This document shows positions 1 through 10,552 of a stretch of DNA of 34,406 nucleotides, piece after piece. How positions within the stretch are numbered: position 1 is the stretch's first letter; the number at the start of each line of letters is the position of its first letter. The DNA is from Octopus bimaculoides (Eukaryota): assembly GCF_001194135.2 (NCBI RefSeq), contig NC_068998.1, positions 20,015,187 through 20,049,592 of the forward strand, given 5' to 3'. Under the pieces are notes generated by a model that did no database searches, had not been told where the DNA came from, and saw only the letters and a list, made by a program, of their open reading frames with translations. The position numbers and the translations under genes are program-made.

Positions 1-347
1 GGACCGAAGCCAGCTGCCTTGAGAACAGCTGCCAGGTATCGATGGTCGACCCTATCGAAGGCTTTAGACTGATCTAAATTGATCAAAGCCCCACCCGCGC
101 CAGCTTCGTTACCCACCCTCTCTATGATGTAGCGCATGAGATGGAAGTTGTCGTGGATAGACCTGGTCGGCACAGCGCATGTCTGCGCCATGCCGATCAG
201 TTTGCCCACGACAGGCGCCAATCTCTTGGCTAGCACCTTGGCCAAGATCTTCAACTCTGCGTTGAGCAGAGTGATGGGCCTAAAGTTCCCTATAATGACC
301 CCCTTGTTTGGGTCCTTTCTTAACAAAGCCACCACTCCTCGACAAAC
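1..347 (-). mobile_element. L1/Tx1-clade non-LTR retrotransposon reverse transcriptase fragment; 5'-truncated, continues off the left edge
   Basis: Manual minus-strand translation from 344 is open: CRGVVALLRKDPNKGVIIGNFRPITLLNAELKILAKVLAKRL...DNFHLMRYIIE...ALINLDQSKAFDRVDHRYLAAVLKAAGFGP. It contains the RPITLLN and D..KAFD RT motifs. Confidence 0.92.
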
Positions 348-371
348 AAAATAATATTAATAATAACATAC

Positions 372-798
372 AATCCACACCGCACACTGTTCATTCATCA
401 CACCAGGAACAATCATTTTGTTTTGTCAACCAATTTTTTCGGAGATGTTTATATTTATGAGAGTTTGAACTTACCAGGAACTAATGATACGAATAACAAT
501 GTTGTATTCACCACAAACAAACATTATTCTTACAATTCAACAAGCTCATATAATTAATCCCCAAGTTGGCGCATATGATTGTGGCCTTTTTGCCCTGGCG
601 TATGCATTTGAACTGGTCATTGGAAACGCTCTAGAGAAGTTTTTATTTGATCAATCAAAAATGCGAATACATTTAAGATTTTGCCTAGAAAACAATAAAT
701 TTGTTCCTTTTCCAAAAGTAAAGATTTTTCAAATGTCTACAAATCGCGCTTTTCGTCTTGACTGTTTACTTTGTGAAGAGTTACGTCAATCCTTTTAA
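372..798 (+). pseudogene. Ulp1/SENP-like (C48) cysteine protease domain remnant with one frameshift, probably transposon-borne
   Basis: Frame from 372 reads LFIHHTRNNHFVLSTNFFGDVYIYESL (His codon 414-416; YES in place of YDS). The 484 frame reads PQVGAYDCGLFALAYAFEL...FDQSKMRIHLRFCLE...PFP (Cys codon 580-582). Confidence 0.72.
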
Positions 799-824
799 AA
801 ATAATAATGATAATAATAATAATT

Positions 825-1342
825 CACAAATGGGGATTTGAAGCTGGAGGTACTTGGTATGATCATCGGGTTTAAAAACTCCTTGAGTCAGAGAAACGCA
901 AGTTTTATGGGATTGTCTATTCAAACGGATAGGAAACTAGAAAATAATAAATCAGATATTACAATAACAGACAAGGAAAAGCGAAGTTGCTTACTAATTG
1001 ATCCACCCTGTCCGTTTAATTCCAAGATTGTAAAGAAAGAAGAAAAATTTAAAAAATACAATCCCTTAAAATCTGAAATTGCAAGAATTTGGAATGTGAA
1101 AACTCTGCATGTAATAATTGGTGCATTGGTAACTGTGAGCAATGATATAGACAAGTGGTCGAAGGAGGTTGGAATAAAATGTCCTGTAGAGCTTTTACAG
1201 AAAGTTTGCCTCTTAGGGACAGGAATGATAATCAGAAGAGTATTGTGCACTTGAAAGATTATTGAAAGCTTGAGGATATCTAAGTTTATAAGTGTTAATC
1301 CGCTACTCGCATAAATTCTGCCAGGAATAAGAACAAACCTGA

Positions 1343-1343
<1 letters not shown>
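825..1343 (+). mobile_element. R4/Dong-type RLE LINE 3' fragment (RLE domain plus 3' UTR)
   Basis: WGFE..TWYDH, then SIQTDRKLENNKSDITITD...LLID...KKY..LK.EIARIW...VIIGAL...LQKVCLLGT..IIRRVL stop 1254. A short UTR runs into (AAT)n. Confidence 0.88.
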
Positions 1344-1415
<72 letters not shown>

Positions 1416-1482
1416 TGTCAAAATTAAAAGAAGAGTGCCATTGTTATCTAGTGAACGATATTTCGACATTTTGTTTGTCTTC

Positions 1483-1542
<60 letters not shown>
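1344..1542. repeat. Two (AAT)n microsatellites (1344-1415 and 1483-1542) separated by a 67-bp insert
   Basis: Seen directly in the sequence. Confidence 0.97.
1416..1482 (-). mobile_element. PLE-type terminal fragment carrying the 3' half of a minimal hammerhead motif
   Basis: Minus strand reads GAA-GACA-aacaaaa-TGTC-GAAA-TAT-C-GTTCA. About 24/31 nt match the fold-back arms at 30.8-31.1 kb. Confidence 0.5.
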
Positions 1543-1543
<1 letters not shown>

Positions 1544-1750
1544 GAACAGTATCAGAAGACATCAAGAGGAATATAAAGGAAATTGGAATTGAGTGCCCAG
1601 TAGAATTGTTACAAAAGGTTTGCCGCCTTGGCACGGCCAGAATAACCAGGAAAGTATTAGATAACTGAAAAGAACGGATAGCATGGTGCCGTAGGCTGAA
1701 AGTAGTGAGCCCAATACACATGCAAGACCCCAGGAACTTCAACAAAACTT
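1543..1750 (+). mobile_element. R4/Dong-type RLE LINE extreme 3' fragment
   Basis: GTVSEDIKRNIKEIGIECPVELLQKVCRLGTARITRKVLDN* (1543-1668), similar to the C-terminus of the 825-1343 copy. Confidence 0.85.
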
Positions 1751-2059
1751 ATGATAAAGAGAAATAAGATGATTATGATTATAGCTGTGGTTATTGTTGT
1801 TGTTGTCAATCATCATCATCTCGTTCATCATCATTGTATCGGCAGAATTACTAGAGCGTCGGATAAAATGCTTTGCGGTATACCGGTTCGTTGTCTTTAC
1901 TTTCTGTGCAGTTTCATGTGTTCTGGACGTGAAGCTCAAGCACAGTCACGAGTTATCTCCCCGCGTACCCGTCTGATAGAATTAATCATTGTGTAACATA
2001 CATTCATATGTGCTAACTATGAAAATGTTACGCATGCATACACACGCAGCCTCACTCTC

Positions 2060-2084
2060 TTTCGCTGTGTATGTATGCACGTAC

Positions 2085-2118
<34 letters not shown>

Positions 2119-2170
2119 GTATGTGTGTGTGTGCGTGTGTGTGTGTGTGTGTGTACGCGCACGCGTGTAT
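2060..2170. repeat. (GT)n compound microsatellite
   Basis: Seen directly in the sequence. Confidence 0.95.
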
Positions 2171-3271
2171 GTGGGTCTTTCAGTAGAATGTACAAATATC
2201 AGCAAGACAAGAGAGAAAAATAGCTAGTGATGCTTCTCTGTCACTCCTGCCGTCAGAAAAGTGTAATGAACCAGTGACTAGCTTCTTGGAAAGCTATTAC
2301 CAAAATCACTATCGCCGGCAAATAGGAGCATAAAATATAAGACATATAGTGATAAAACACGCCACGAAAAATATATCTAAAATATCTTGCAAATTCATTC
2401 TAGAAAACTAATCCGAGTACAANNNNNNNNNNNNNNNNNNNNNNNNNNNNNNNNNNNNNNNNNNNNNNNNNNNNNNNNNNNNNNNNNNNNNNNNNNNNNN
2501 NNNNNNNNNNNNNNNNNNNNNNNNNNNNNNNNNNNNNNNNNNNNNNNNNNNNNNNNNNNNNNNNNNNNNNNNNNNNNNNNNNNNNNNNNNNNNNNNNNNN
2601 NNNNNNNNNNNNNNNNNNNNNNNNNNNNNNNNNNNNNNNNNNNNNNNNNNNNNNNNNNNNNNNNNNNNNNNNNNNNNNNNNNNNNNNNNNNNNNNNNNNN
2701 NNNNNNNNNNNNNNNNNNNNNNNNNNNNNNNNNNNNNNNNNNNNNNNNNNNNNNNNNNNNNNNNNNNNNNNNNNNNNNNNNNNNNNNNNNNNNNNNNNNN
2801 NNNNNNNNNNNNNNNNNNNNNNNNNNNNNNNNNNNNNNNNNNNNNNNNNNNNNNNNNNNNNNNNNNNNNNNNNNNNNNNNNNNNNNNNNNNNNNNNNNNN
2901 NNNNNNNNNNNNNNNNNNNNNNNNNNNNNNNNNNNNNNNNNNNNNNNNNNNNNNNNNNNNNNNNNNNNNNNNNNNNNNNNNNNNNNNNNNNNNNNNNNNN
3001 NNNNNNNNNNNNNNNNNNNNNNNNNNNNNNNNNNNNNNNNNNNNNNNNNNNNNNNNNNNNNNNNNNNNNNNNNNNNNNNNNNNNNNNNNNNNNNNNNNNN
3101 NNNNNNNNNNNNNNNNNNNNNNNNNNNNNNNNNNNNNNNNNNNNNNNNNNNNNNNNNNNNNNNNNNNNNNNNNNNNNNNNNNNNNNNNNNNNNNNNNNNN
3201 NNNNNNNNNNNNNNNNNNNNNNNNNNNNNNNNNNNNNNNNNNNNNNACACACACACACACACACACACATA

Positions 3272-3880
3272 TGTGGGAAATTCTGTCTGTGGGTGTGTTT
3301 GTGGAGTTGTTAGCTAACTCCTCCTACATAGTTTTATCGATTTTGATGAAACTTGACACGTGAGTAGAACTCATGTCTGGAAACCTCATGGCATATTCAG
3401 ATTGTTGAAAAAAAATCAATAATAGGGCCCTGGAAGGGATTCGTATATATAACCAAGGGAAATAACCCATTCATTCCTAAATTATTCGGTAAAAATGAAA
3501 CTGAGTCTGCTTATTTCTTAGTATTTAAGCTGTTAGAGTTATTTTCGGAATGTATGCAGTACAACCCTTAAACAAGTAAATAGTATTTTCCTAAATTATA
3601 GATCCACTTATTTCGGTTAGTGAGTTATTAACACTAGCGCCCCTGAGGGTAATATTCTCTGGGAACGTGCAAAGCCGTTTTCAGAGTTATTTACTTTGAA
3701 TTGTTATTATCTCATATCTGATTAACCTGTTATTAGGTAACATGCTTCACGACTTTAGTATACATACCTTATTAGTATTTCCTCCTAAGTTCTATATACT
3801 CTGAGAACGCATTAAAGCTATTTTCGGGGCTACTTTATTTGAATTCTTACTATCGGGTAACTAATTTCATGTTATTACAT
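3272..3880 (+). mobile_element. Probable non-autonomous Helentron/HINE-like element remnant
   Basis: ctgtctgtgggtgtgtttgt...tcgattttgatgaaacttgacac motif plus ggccctggaaggg and ctagcgcccctgaggg blocks resemble DINE-1/HINE cores. Termini not resolved. Confidence 0.4.
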
Positions 3881-4096
3881 AACTNNNNNNNNNNNNNNNN
3901 NNNNNNNNNNNNNNNNNNNNNNNNNNNNNNNNNNNNNNNNNNNNNNNNNNNNNNNNNNNNNNNNNNNNNNNNNNNNNNNNNNNNNNNNNNNNNNNNNNNN
4001 NNNNNNNNNNNNNNNNNNNNNNNNNNNNNNNNNNNNNNNNNNNNNNNNNNNNNNNNNNNNNNNNNNNNNNNTATATATATATATATATATATACAT

Positions 4097-4156
<60 letters not shown>

Positions 4157-4254
4157 GTAGCTGAATGTGTTAGAAGTTCATTATCGCAATCATGAGATCC
4201 TCGGTTCGAGCCTACTCCGTGACTTCTTTACTTTACTCAAGCCTTGTTAGTGAA

Positions 4255-4660
4255 ACTAAGTACATGAAAACTGTTACCTGACACCCGAATCACATGGCCA
4301 ACCCAGAGGAGTAGACGACAAAGGATGATGGCCTCAATGCCATAGATCACATCCCTCAGGAAGATTTCGGTATGAAGCACTTTGTTTTGCCACGTGAGAC
4401 AGGATACTTTGGAGCGATTTGATAAAGAACGCTTCAAGCTGTCTGATCCGGCGTCGATAAAAGGCCCGGCACTCAGACCCATACAGGAGGGTGGTTACAC
4501 ACAGCTCGATAAACGGAGAATTTTGTACTTGTTCTAAAGCTTTTGTTTCGAAAGACTTGTTTGCTGAGTTTCCCGAAAGCTGCAGAGGCCTAGTTGATGC
4601 GACAGAGTATCTCCTCATCGAGGAATCCAATGCTAGAAATCGTGCTTCCAAGATATAGAA
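4255..4660 (-). mobile_element. RTE (BovB-like) LINE RT C-terminal fragment, frameshifted
   Basis: TKALE..CVTTLLYGSEC..FYRRRIRQLEAF.IKSLQSIL and IEAIIL.RLLLWVGHVIRV match the RTE LLYGSE.W / LRWAGHV motifs. Confidence 0.8.
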
Positions 4661-4779
4661 TTAGCCTGCTGACGCTATTCTGTAATATCGAATATATTTA
4701 TAGATTGAATAACGTTCATAATGTACTTTGAAGACATCTTACTTGAAGTATAAAAGATCTAGATTCCTTCAACAGTAGG

Positions 4780-5133
4780 TAGAAATTTCCTAGAAAAGCA
4801 TCACATACTACATATTAGTTTTGACATTCAACGGCTATACAGCTCAAGAAAAAGGTTGACAGGTTAATATTTAGGTTCAAGAACAGTTTTAAAGACGGTC
4901 GTTAAATGTTATATCGCGCTACTGAACATATCTATAGAATTTCAATCCCTACACAGTTTTTCTCTCTCTGCTTTATTTTCTTTGTCTCTTCATTTTTCTC
5001 CTCTCAACCCTTTCTGTTGAACATCATAGGCTTGAAACGTCAAGGACTTTTACAATCTTCCCGAGCGTCAAACTAATACACCTGCATGTTGTTCTTTTAC
5101 CTGTCTTCGTCTTTTGTTTACAGTAAATTTGAA

Positions 5134-5136
<3 letters not shown>
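4780..5136 (+). mobile_element. Decayed Penelope-like 3' terminal segment with a degenerate hammerhead-like motif (5010-5045)
   Basis: cttt-CTGTTGA-a-catcataggctt-GAAA-CGT-C-aagg, followed by a pyrimidine-rich tail that ends in a GT microsatellite. Confidence 0.4.
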
Positions 5137-5170
<34 letters not shown>

Positions 5171-5648
5171 CGTGTGTGTGTATTGTGCGTGTTTGTGTGT
5201 GTTTGTGTGAGTGTGTGTCTGTGTACGTATGTGGTATATATATANNNNNNNNNNNNNNNNNNNNNNNNNNNNNNNNNNNNNNNNNNNNNNNNNNNNNNNN
5301 NNNNNNNNNNNNNNNNNNNNNNNNNNNNNNNNNNNNNNNNNNNNNNNNNNNNNNNNNNNNNNNNNNNNNNNNNNNNNNNNNNNNNNNNNNNNNNNNNNNN
5401 NNNNNNNNNNNNNNNNNNNNNNNNNNNNNNNNNNNNNNNNNNNNNNNNNNNNNNNNNNNNNNNNNNNNNNNNNNNNNNNNNNNNNNNNNNNNNNNNNNNN
5501 NNNNNNNNNNNNNNNNNNNNNNNNNNNNNNNNNNNNNNNNNNNNNNNNNNNNNNNNNNNNNNNNNNNNNNNNNNNNNNNNNNNNNNNNNNNNNNNNNNNN
5601 NNNNNNNNNNNNNNNNNNNNNNNNNNNNNNNNNNNNNNNNNNNNNNNN

Positions 5649-5682
<34 letters not shown>

Positions 5683-5934
5683 TATACACACTCATGCACA
5701 CGCACACATATATTAGTAATATAAAGAAAAACTTAGAAGTAATAAAATAATAAACGTATAATTTCTTAGCTTAATTATAATTTATACTTTGAATTTTCCT
5801 GAGGAAATGAACGTAAACAGTGCTTAATTCTATTTTGCTGTTGTGTTGTCCAGCGCTCAGCGTCTCTGTTTAAAGTGAACAACCACATTGTTTTATAGTT
5901 GGCTGACAGATAAGAAAGCACAGAAGCATGTTGA

Positions 5935-6148
5935 TTCTTTCTACTGGAAGCACAAAGCCTCAAATGTGAGGGAAGGGATTAAGTCGATTACATCAACCCC
6001 ACTGCATAGCTGGTACTTATTTAATCGACTCCGAAAGGATGTAAGGTAAAGTCGACCTCGGCGGAATTTGAACACAGAACATAGCGACAGACGAAATACC
6101 GCTAAGCATTTCGCCCGGCGTGCTAACGTTTCTGCCAGCTCGCCGCCT
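5935..6148 (-). mobile_element. tRNA-derived SINE, family A
   Basis: Minus strand: head GGCGGCGAGCTGGCAGAAACGTTAG, B-box GTTCAAATTCC, core GAGGTCGACTTTACCTTACATCCTTTCGGAGTCGATT. Confidence 0.9.
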
Positions 6149-6165
6149 TAGGCATATTAAATAAT

Positions 6166-6330
6166 CTTTTCTACTCTAGGCACAAGGCCCGAAAATTTGG
6201 AGGAGGGGACCAGTCGATTAGATCGACCCCAGTACGCAACTAGTACTTAATTTATCGACCCCGAAAGGATGAAAAGCAAAGTCGACCTGGGTGAAATTTG
6301 AACTCAGAATGTAAAGATTGACGAAATACC
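6166..6330 (-). mobile_element. 5'-truncated family A SINE with 17-bp TSD
   Basis: Flanked by taggcatattaaataat (6149-6165) and taggcatgttaaataat (6331-6347). Confidence 0.88.
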
Positions 6331-6349
6331 TAGGCATGTTAAATAATAC

Positions 6350-6935
6350 TTTCTAACAGAAGTCTTCATCAAAACACTTCAATAATACTGGAAGAAAACA
6401 TCCTTCGACTTTGACGGGAGAAAATATAGACAGATTAAAGGAATACTTGTGAGCACTATAGTGCCACACTAATGTAAATATAGTAATGACATTCCTAAAA
6501 GGAAACTATTTCACGAAATAGAATGGAGATTCAAACGAAACTATAAAGTATAACAATGAAGAGTGGGAACTTTTTCTCGACGACTACTTATTTTTGCTTT
6601 TGGAACAGATCAAAGGACGAATTACATTTCATAACATCTTAAACACCCTTCATCCGTCTATAAAATTCTCAATGGAAATCAATGAACAGGAACGACTATT
6701 CTTGGACATTCTAGTAAAATTATGTGATACCAGGATCACAAACAAAAATATGCTATACAAAAATGAATACGCCCCAGTATTTGAATTCTTATTTATGTTA
6801 TCTATCATACATCAAACGAAATACCCCATACTGTATAGCAAAAGGCATATGCTCAACGAATATTGCAACTAGGTGCACTGAAAGGTTTTCTAAAACTACG
6901 GAAATATCCCCTGAAACTAATAAAAGAATGGGTTT
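6350..6935 (+). mobile_element. Penelope-like element RT fragment, decayed
   Basis: FDFDGRKYRQIKG..., FLDD (YxDD position), LNTLHPSIKFSME...LFLDILV, and PQYLNSY...IKRNTPYCIAKGIC across frameshifts. Confidence 0.85.
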
Positions 6936-6958
6936 GTAAAAATAAAAAGTAAAACAGA

Positions 6959-7395
6959 GGCGCAGGAGTGTCTGTGTGGCAAGTAGTTTGCTTACCAACC
7001 ACATGGTTCTGGGTTCATTCCAAATGCGTGGCACCTTGGGCAAGTGCCTTCTACTATAGTCGCGGGCCGACCAAAGCCTTGTGAGTGGATTTGGTAGACG
7101 GAAACTGAAAGAAGCCTGTCGTATATATGTATATATATATGTATGTGTGTGTATATGTCTGTGTGTGTATATGTCTGTGTGTGTATATGTCTGTGTGTCT
7201 GTGTTTATCCCCCCAACATCGCTTGACAACCGATGGTGGTGTGTTTACGTCCCCGTTACTTAGCAGTTCGGCAAAAAAAAAAACGGTAGAATAAGTACTA
7301 GGCTTACAAAGAATAAGTCCAGGGGTCGATTTGCTCGACTAAAGGTGGTGCTCCAGCATGGCCGCAATCAAATGGCTGAAACAAGTAAAAGAGAG
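6959..7395 (+). mobile_element. tRNA-derived SINE, family B (CORE-like ccttgggcaagtg block, internal TA/TG microsatellite)
   Basis: Collinear with copies at 19617 and 25799; ends gaaacaagtaaaagag. Confidence 0.92.
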
Positions 7396-7829
7396 GAACC
7401 AGACATTTATCAACTAAGAGTATCTAAACAACACACTAAGCAAATTGTAATCCTCTTTATCCACATTTCTGATTCGGGAGTGTCAGACATTCGTATGGGT
7501 GTGACACGTAATGCTTGAAAATATTTCACTCACTTCACTACAAAATATTTTAAATTAAATTTTGTCTCTGAACAAATTTTCACACGTCACAAGATTTTAT
7601 TGACCTGTCAGTGACAACCAGTATGTTGTTAGCTGACTATAAATCAATGTGGTCGTGACAGAGACTGATTTTCGAGTACTATAAAAAAAATTTTTAAAGC
7701 GGTATTTCATTTATTACGGTGAGAAAATTGGGAGAACTTTTGTACACCTTTGAGTAAATAAACTTATTGTTATGAAGATCGTTCTGAAGAAACGACCTTC
7801 ATAATTGTTGACAATTTTTTTTATTATTA

Positions 7830-8190
7830 AGATAGCGGGCTGTCAAAATCATTACCACGCTCAGAGGCATTTCATCTCGTTTTTATGTTCTGAGCTCAAA
7901 TTCCACCGAGGTCGATTCTACATGTCTTAATTTCGGGGGCGATAAAATACTGGGTCGATGGAATCGACCTATCCCTCTCCTAAAATTGCTGACCCCCTGC
8001 CAAAATTTGAAAGTATTATTAATATATAAAGCGATGAGCTATTAGAATCGTTAGCACACTGAACAAGATGCTTAGCAGCATTTTGTCTGTCTTAATGTTC
8101 TGAGTTCAGATAAACTAGGTACCTGTCAAGTACCGAGATCGATGTAATCGACTAATATCCCTTCCACAAATTTCAGGCCATGCTAGAAGG
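7830..8190 (+). mobile_element. Two tandem decayed family A SINEs (about 7830-8012 and 8030-8190)
   Basis: Each has the gttctgag(c/t)tca B-box and gtcgatgNaatcgac / tcgatgtaatcgac 3' block. Confidence 0.8.
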
Positions 8191-8235
<45 letters not shown>

Positions 8236-8237
8236 GC

Positions 8238-8268
<31 letters not shown>
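8191..8268. repeat. (ATT)n-(GTT)n compound microsatellite
   Basis: Seen directly in the sequence. Confidence 0.97.
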
Positions 8269-8524
8269 AAGGCGGTGATCTGGCAGAATTGTTAGTACGC
8301 CGGGCAAATGCTTAGTGGCGTTTCGTTCATCTTTATGTTCTAAGTTCAAATTCCGCCGACGTTGACTTTGCCTTTCATCCTTTCGNNNNNNNNNNNNNNN
8401 NNNNNNNNNNNNNNNNNNNNNNNNNNNNNNNNNNNNNNNNNNNNNNNNNNNNNNNNNNNNNNNNNNNNNNNNNNNNNNNNNNNNNNNNCCCCCAAATTTC
8501 AGGCTTGTGCCTTTAGTAGAAAGG
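8269..8524 (+). mobile_element. Family A SINE spanning an assembly gap
   Basis: Head aaggcggtgatctggcagaattgttag; tail aggcttgtgcctttagtagaaagg. Confidence 0.88.
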
Positions 8525-8526
8525 AC

Positions 8527-8790
8527 TATTACCTCCGCCTTAGCGAAGGCAAATGTATTGCTTTCAGTCGTGTGTGTTTGTTTGTTTGTCCGTGGACAAG
8601 ATATGTCAAGAACAGCTGGAAGGATTCGGATGAAACTTTCAAGGATGTTTGGTCTCGTGACTGACACGAACAGATTAGGTTGTAGGATCGATCCGGTACC
8701 GGACAAGGATTCGGGATTATTTTTCCTTTTCTTTTTAACTTAATTTTTGAGAGCGGTCTGGTTCATTTTTAGTATTCTCGTTTCTGTTAT
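8527..8790 (+). mobile_element. Non-autonomous Helentron (HINE/DINE-1-like) 5' fragment
   Basis: TATTACCTCCGCC start, gtgtgtttgtttgtttgtcc microsatellite, ggattcggatgaaactt block and ggatcgatcc hairpin. This layout is typical of HINE elements. Confidence 0.55.
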
Positions 8791-8795
8791 TATTA

Positions 8796-9012
8796 AGGTA
8801 GAGAACTGGAAGAAGCGTTAGCACGCCGGGCGAAATGCTGAGCGGTATTTCGTCTGCCGCTACGTTCTGAGTTCAAATTCCGCCGAGATCGATTTTGCCT
8901 TTCATCCTTTCGAGGTCGGTGAAATAAGTACCAGTTATCCACCGGGGTCGATGTAATCGACTAACCGCTTTCCCCCCACTAAATTTTCAAGGCCTTGTGC
9001 CTAGAGTAGAAA
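8796..9012 (+). mobile_element. Family A SINE
   Basis: Full head, core and tail (gccttgtgcctagagtagaa), followed by (ATT)n. Confidence 0.9.
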
Positions 9013-9055
9013 TAATTGTTATAATTGTTATTATTATTATTATTATTATTATTAA

Positions 9056-9302
9056 ATAAAATATGGTCCGTTGTCTTCTGCTAAACCGGGGTCATCACAG
9101 CAGGTCCTCATCTCATGGAGAGTACACGGCGTAAAATGTGTACGGAACCTAGCAACACTATTTTCTGAAGTTCTCCCACGTTAACACTGCAAGGGAGTTT
9201 GTTGAGCTGCTTATCAAAGCCCTTTTTAATTAGCCCTAACGCTCCAATCACCACTGGTGTTGTGCTGCTTTTCATTCTCCACATCTTGGTCACTTCTATT
9301 TC
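9056..9302 (-). mobile_element. R4/Dong-type RLE LINE 3' fragment
   Basis: EIEVTKMWRMKSSTTPVVIGALGLIKKG...LQKIVLLGSVHILRRVLSMR*. UTR ends in (AAT)n at 9015-9055. Confidence 0.88.
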
Positions 9303-9339
9303 TTCTTCTTCTTCTATTATTACTATTATTATTATTAAG

Positions 9340-9675
9340 TAGTTTTATTTTTATAACGTACTTTCACTTCACTACCGAGCGCAGCTCTGTGCGCCTTGGG
9401 TATGTGCTGTGGTTTGCTGTGGTGCTCTTATGTTTACTGTATTGAAAGTGTTTTGCGTAGAATGTGTGCAGTACCCAGTAGTGCAATTTTCTGTATGTTA
9501 TATATATTTGTAAGTCCTGGTGTTTTTGTTATGTATTTGTCTGAATATTTTTTTATTATACCTAAGGCACCTACTATGATAGGAATTGTTTCTGTTTTTA
9601 GATTCCACATTCGAGTTATCTCTATTTCCAGGTCTTTGTATTTTGAAAGTTTTTCCATTTCTTTTAGAGAAACGT
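9340..9675 (-). mobile_element. R4/Dong-type RLE LINE 3' fragment; 5' part lost in a gap
   Basis: EKLSKYKDLEIEITRMWNLKTETIPIIVGALG...IQKIALLGTAHILRKTLSIQ*. UTR ends in an AAT-rich tail abutting the previous copy. Confidence 0.9.
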
Positions 9676-10448
9676 NNNNNNNNNNNNNNNNNNNNNNNNN
9701 NNNNNNNNNNNNNNNNNNNNNNNNNNNNNNNNNNNNNNNNNNNNNNNNNNNNNNNNNNNNNNNNNNNNNNNNNNNNNNNNNNNNNNNNNNNNNNNNNNNN
9801 NNNNNNNNNNNNNNNNNNNNNNNNNNNNNNNNNNNNNNNNNNNNNNNNNNNNNNNNNNNNNNNNNNNNNNNNNNNNNNNNNNNNNNNNNNNNNNNNNNNN
9901 NNNNNNNNNNNNNNNNNNNNNNNNNNNNNNNNNNNNNNNNNNNNNNNNNNNNNNNNNNNNNNNNNNNNNNNNNNNNNNNNNNNNNNNNNNNNNNNNNNNN
10001 NNNNNNNNNNNNNNNNNNNNNNNNNNNNNNNNNNNNNNNNNNNNNNNNNNNNNNNNNNNNNNNNNNNNNNNNNNNNNNNNNNNNNNNNNNNNNNNNNNNN
10101 NNNNNNNNNNNNNNNNNNNNNNNNNNNNNNNNNNNNNNNNNNNNNNNNNNNNNNNNNNNNNNNNNNNNNNNNNNNNNNNNNNNNNNNNNNNNNNNNNNNN
10201 NNNNNNNNNNNNNNNNNNNNNNNNNNNNNNNNNNNNNNNNNNNNNNNNNNNNNNNNNNNNNNNNNNNNNNNNNNNNNNNNNNNNNNNNNNNNNNNNNNNN
10301 NNNNNNNNNNNNNNNNNNNNNNNNNNNNNNNNNNNNNNNNNNNNNNNNNNNNNNNNNNNNNNNNNNNNNNNNNNNNNNNNNNNNNNNNNNNNNNNNNNNN
10401 NNNNNNNNNNNNNNNNNNNNNNNNNNNNNNNNNNNNNNNTATGGTGGT

Positions 10449-10476
10449 TATTTTATAATAGTTATTATCATTATTA

Positions 10477-10550
<74 letters not shown>
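10449..10550. repeat. (ATT/ATC)n microsatellite forming the tail of the adjacent SINE
   Basis: Seen directly in the sequence. Confidence 0.97.

Positions 10551-10552
<2 letters not shown>

Noticed and set aside
136-354. Plus-strand 72-aa ORF
   Set aside because: It is the antisense shadow of the minus-strand L1/Tx1 RT.
921-1745. 274-aa minus ORF with poly-L and poly-Y
   Set aside because: It is translation through (ATT)n and the antisense of LINE fragments.
7771-7803. 13-bp hairpin with a CTGAAGA loop
   Set aside because: It superficially resembles a hammerhead core but lacks the stem II-GAAA topology, and a short AT-rich hairpin can arise by chance.
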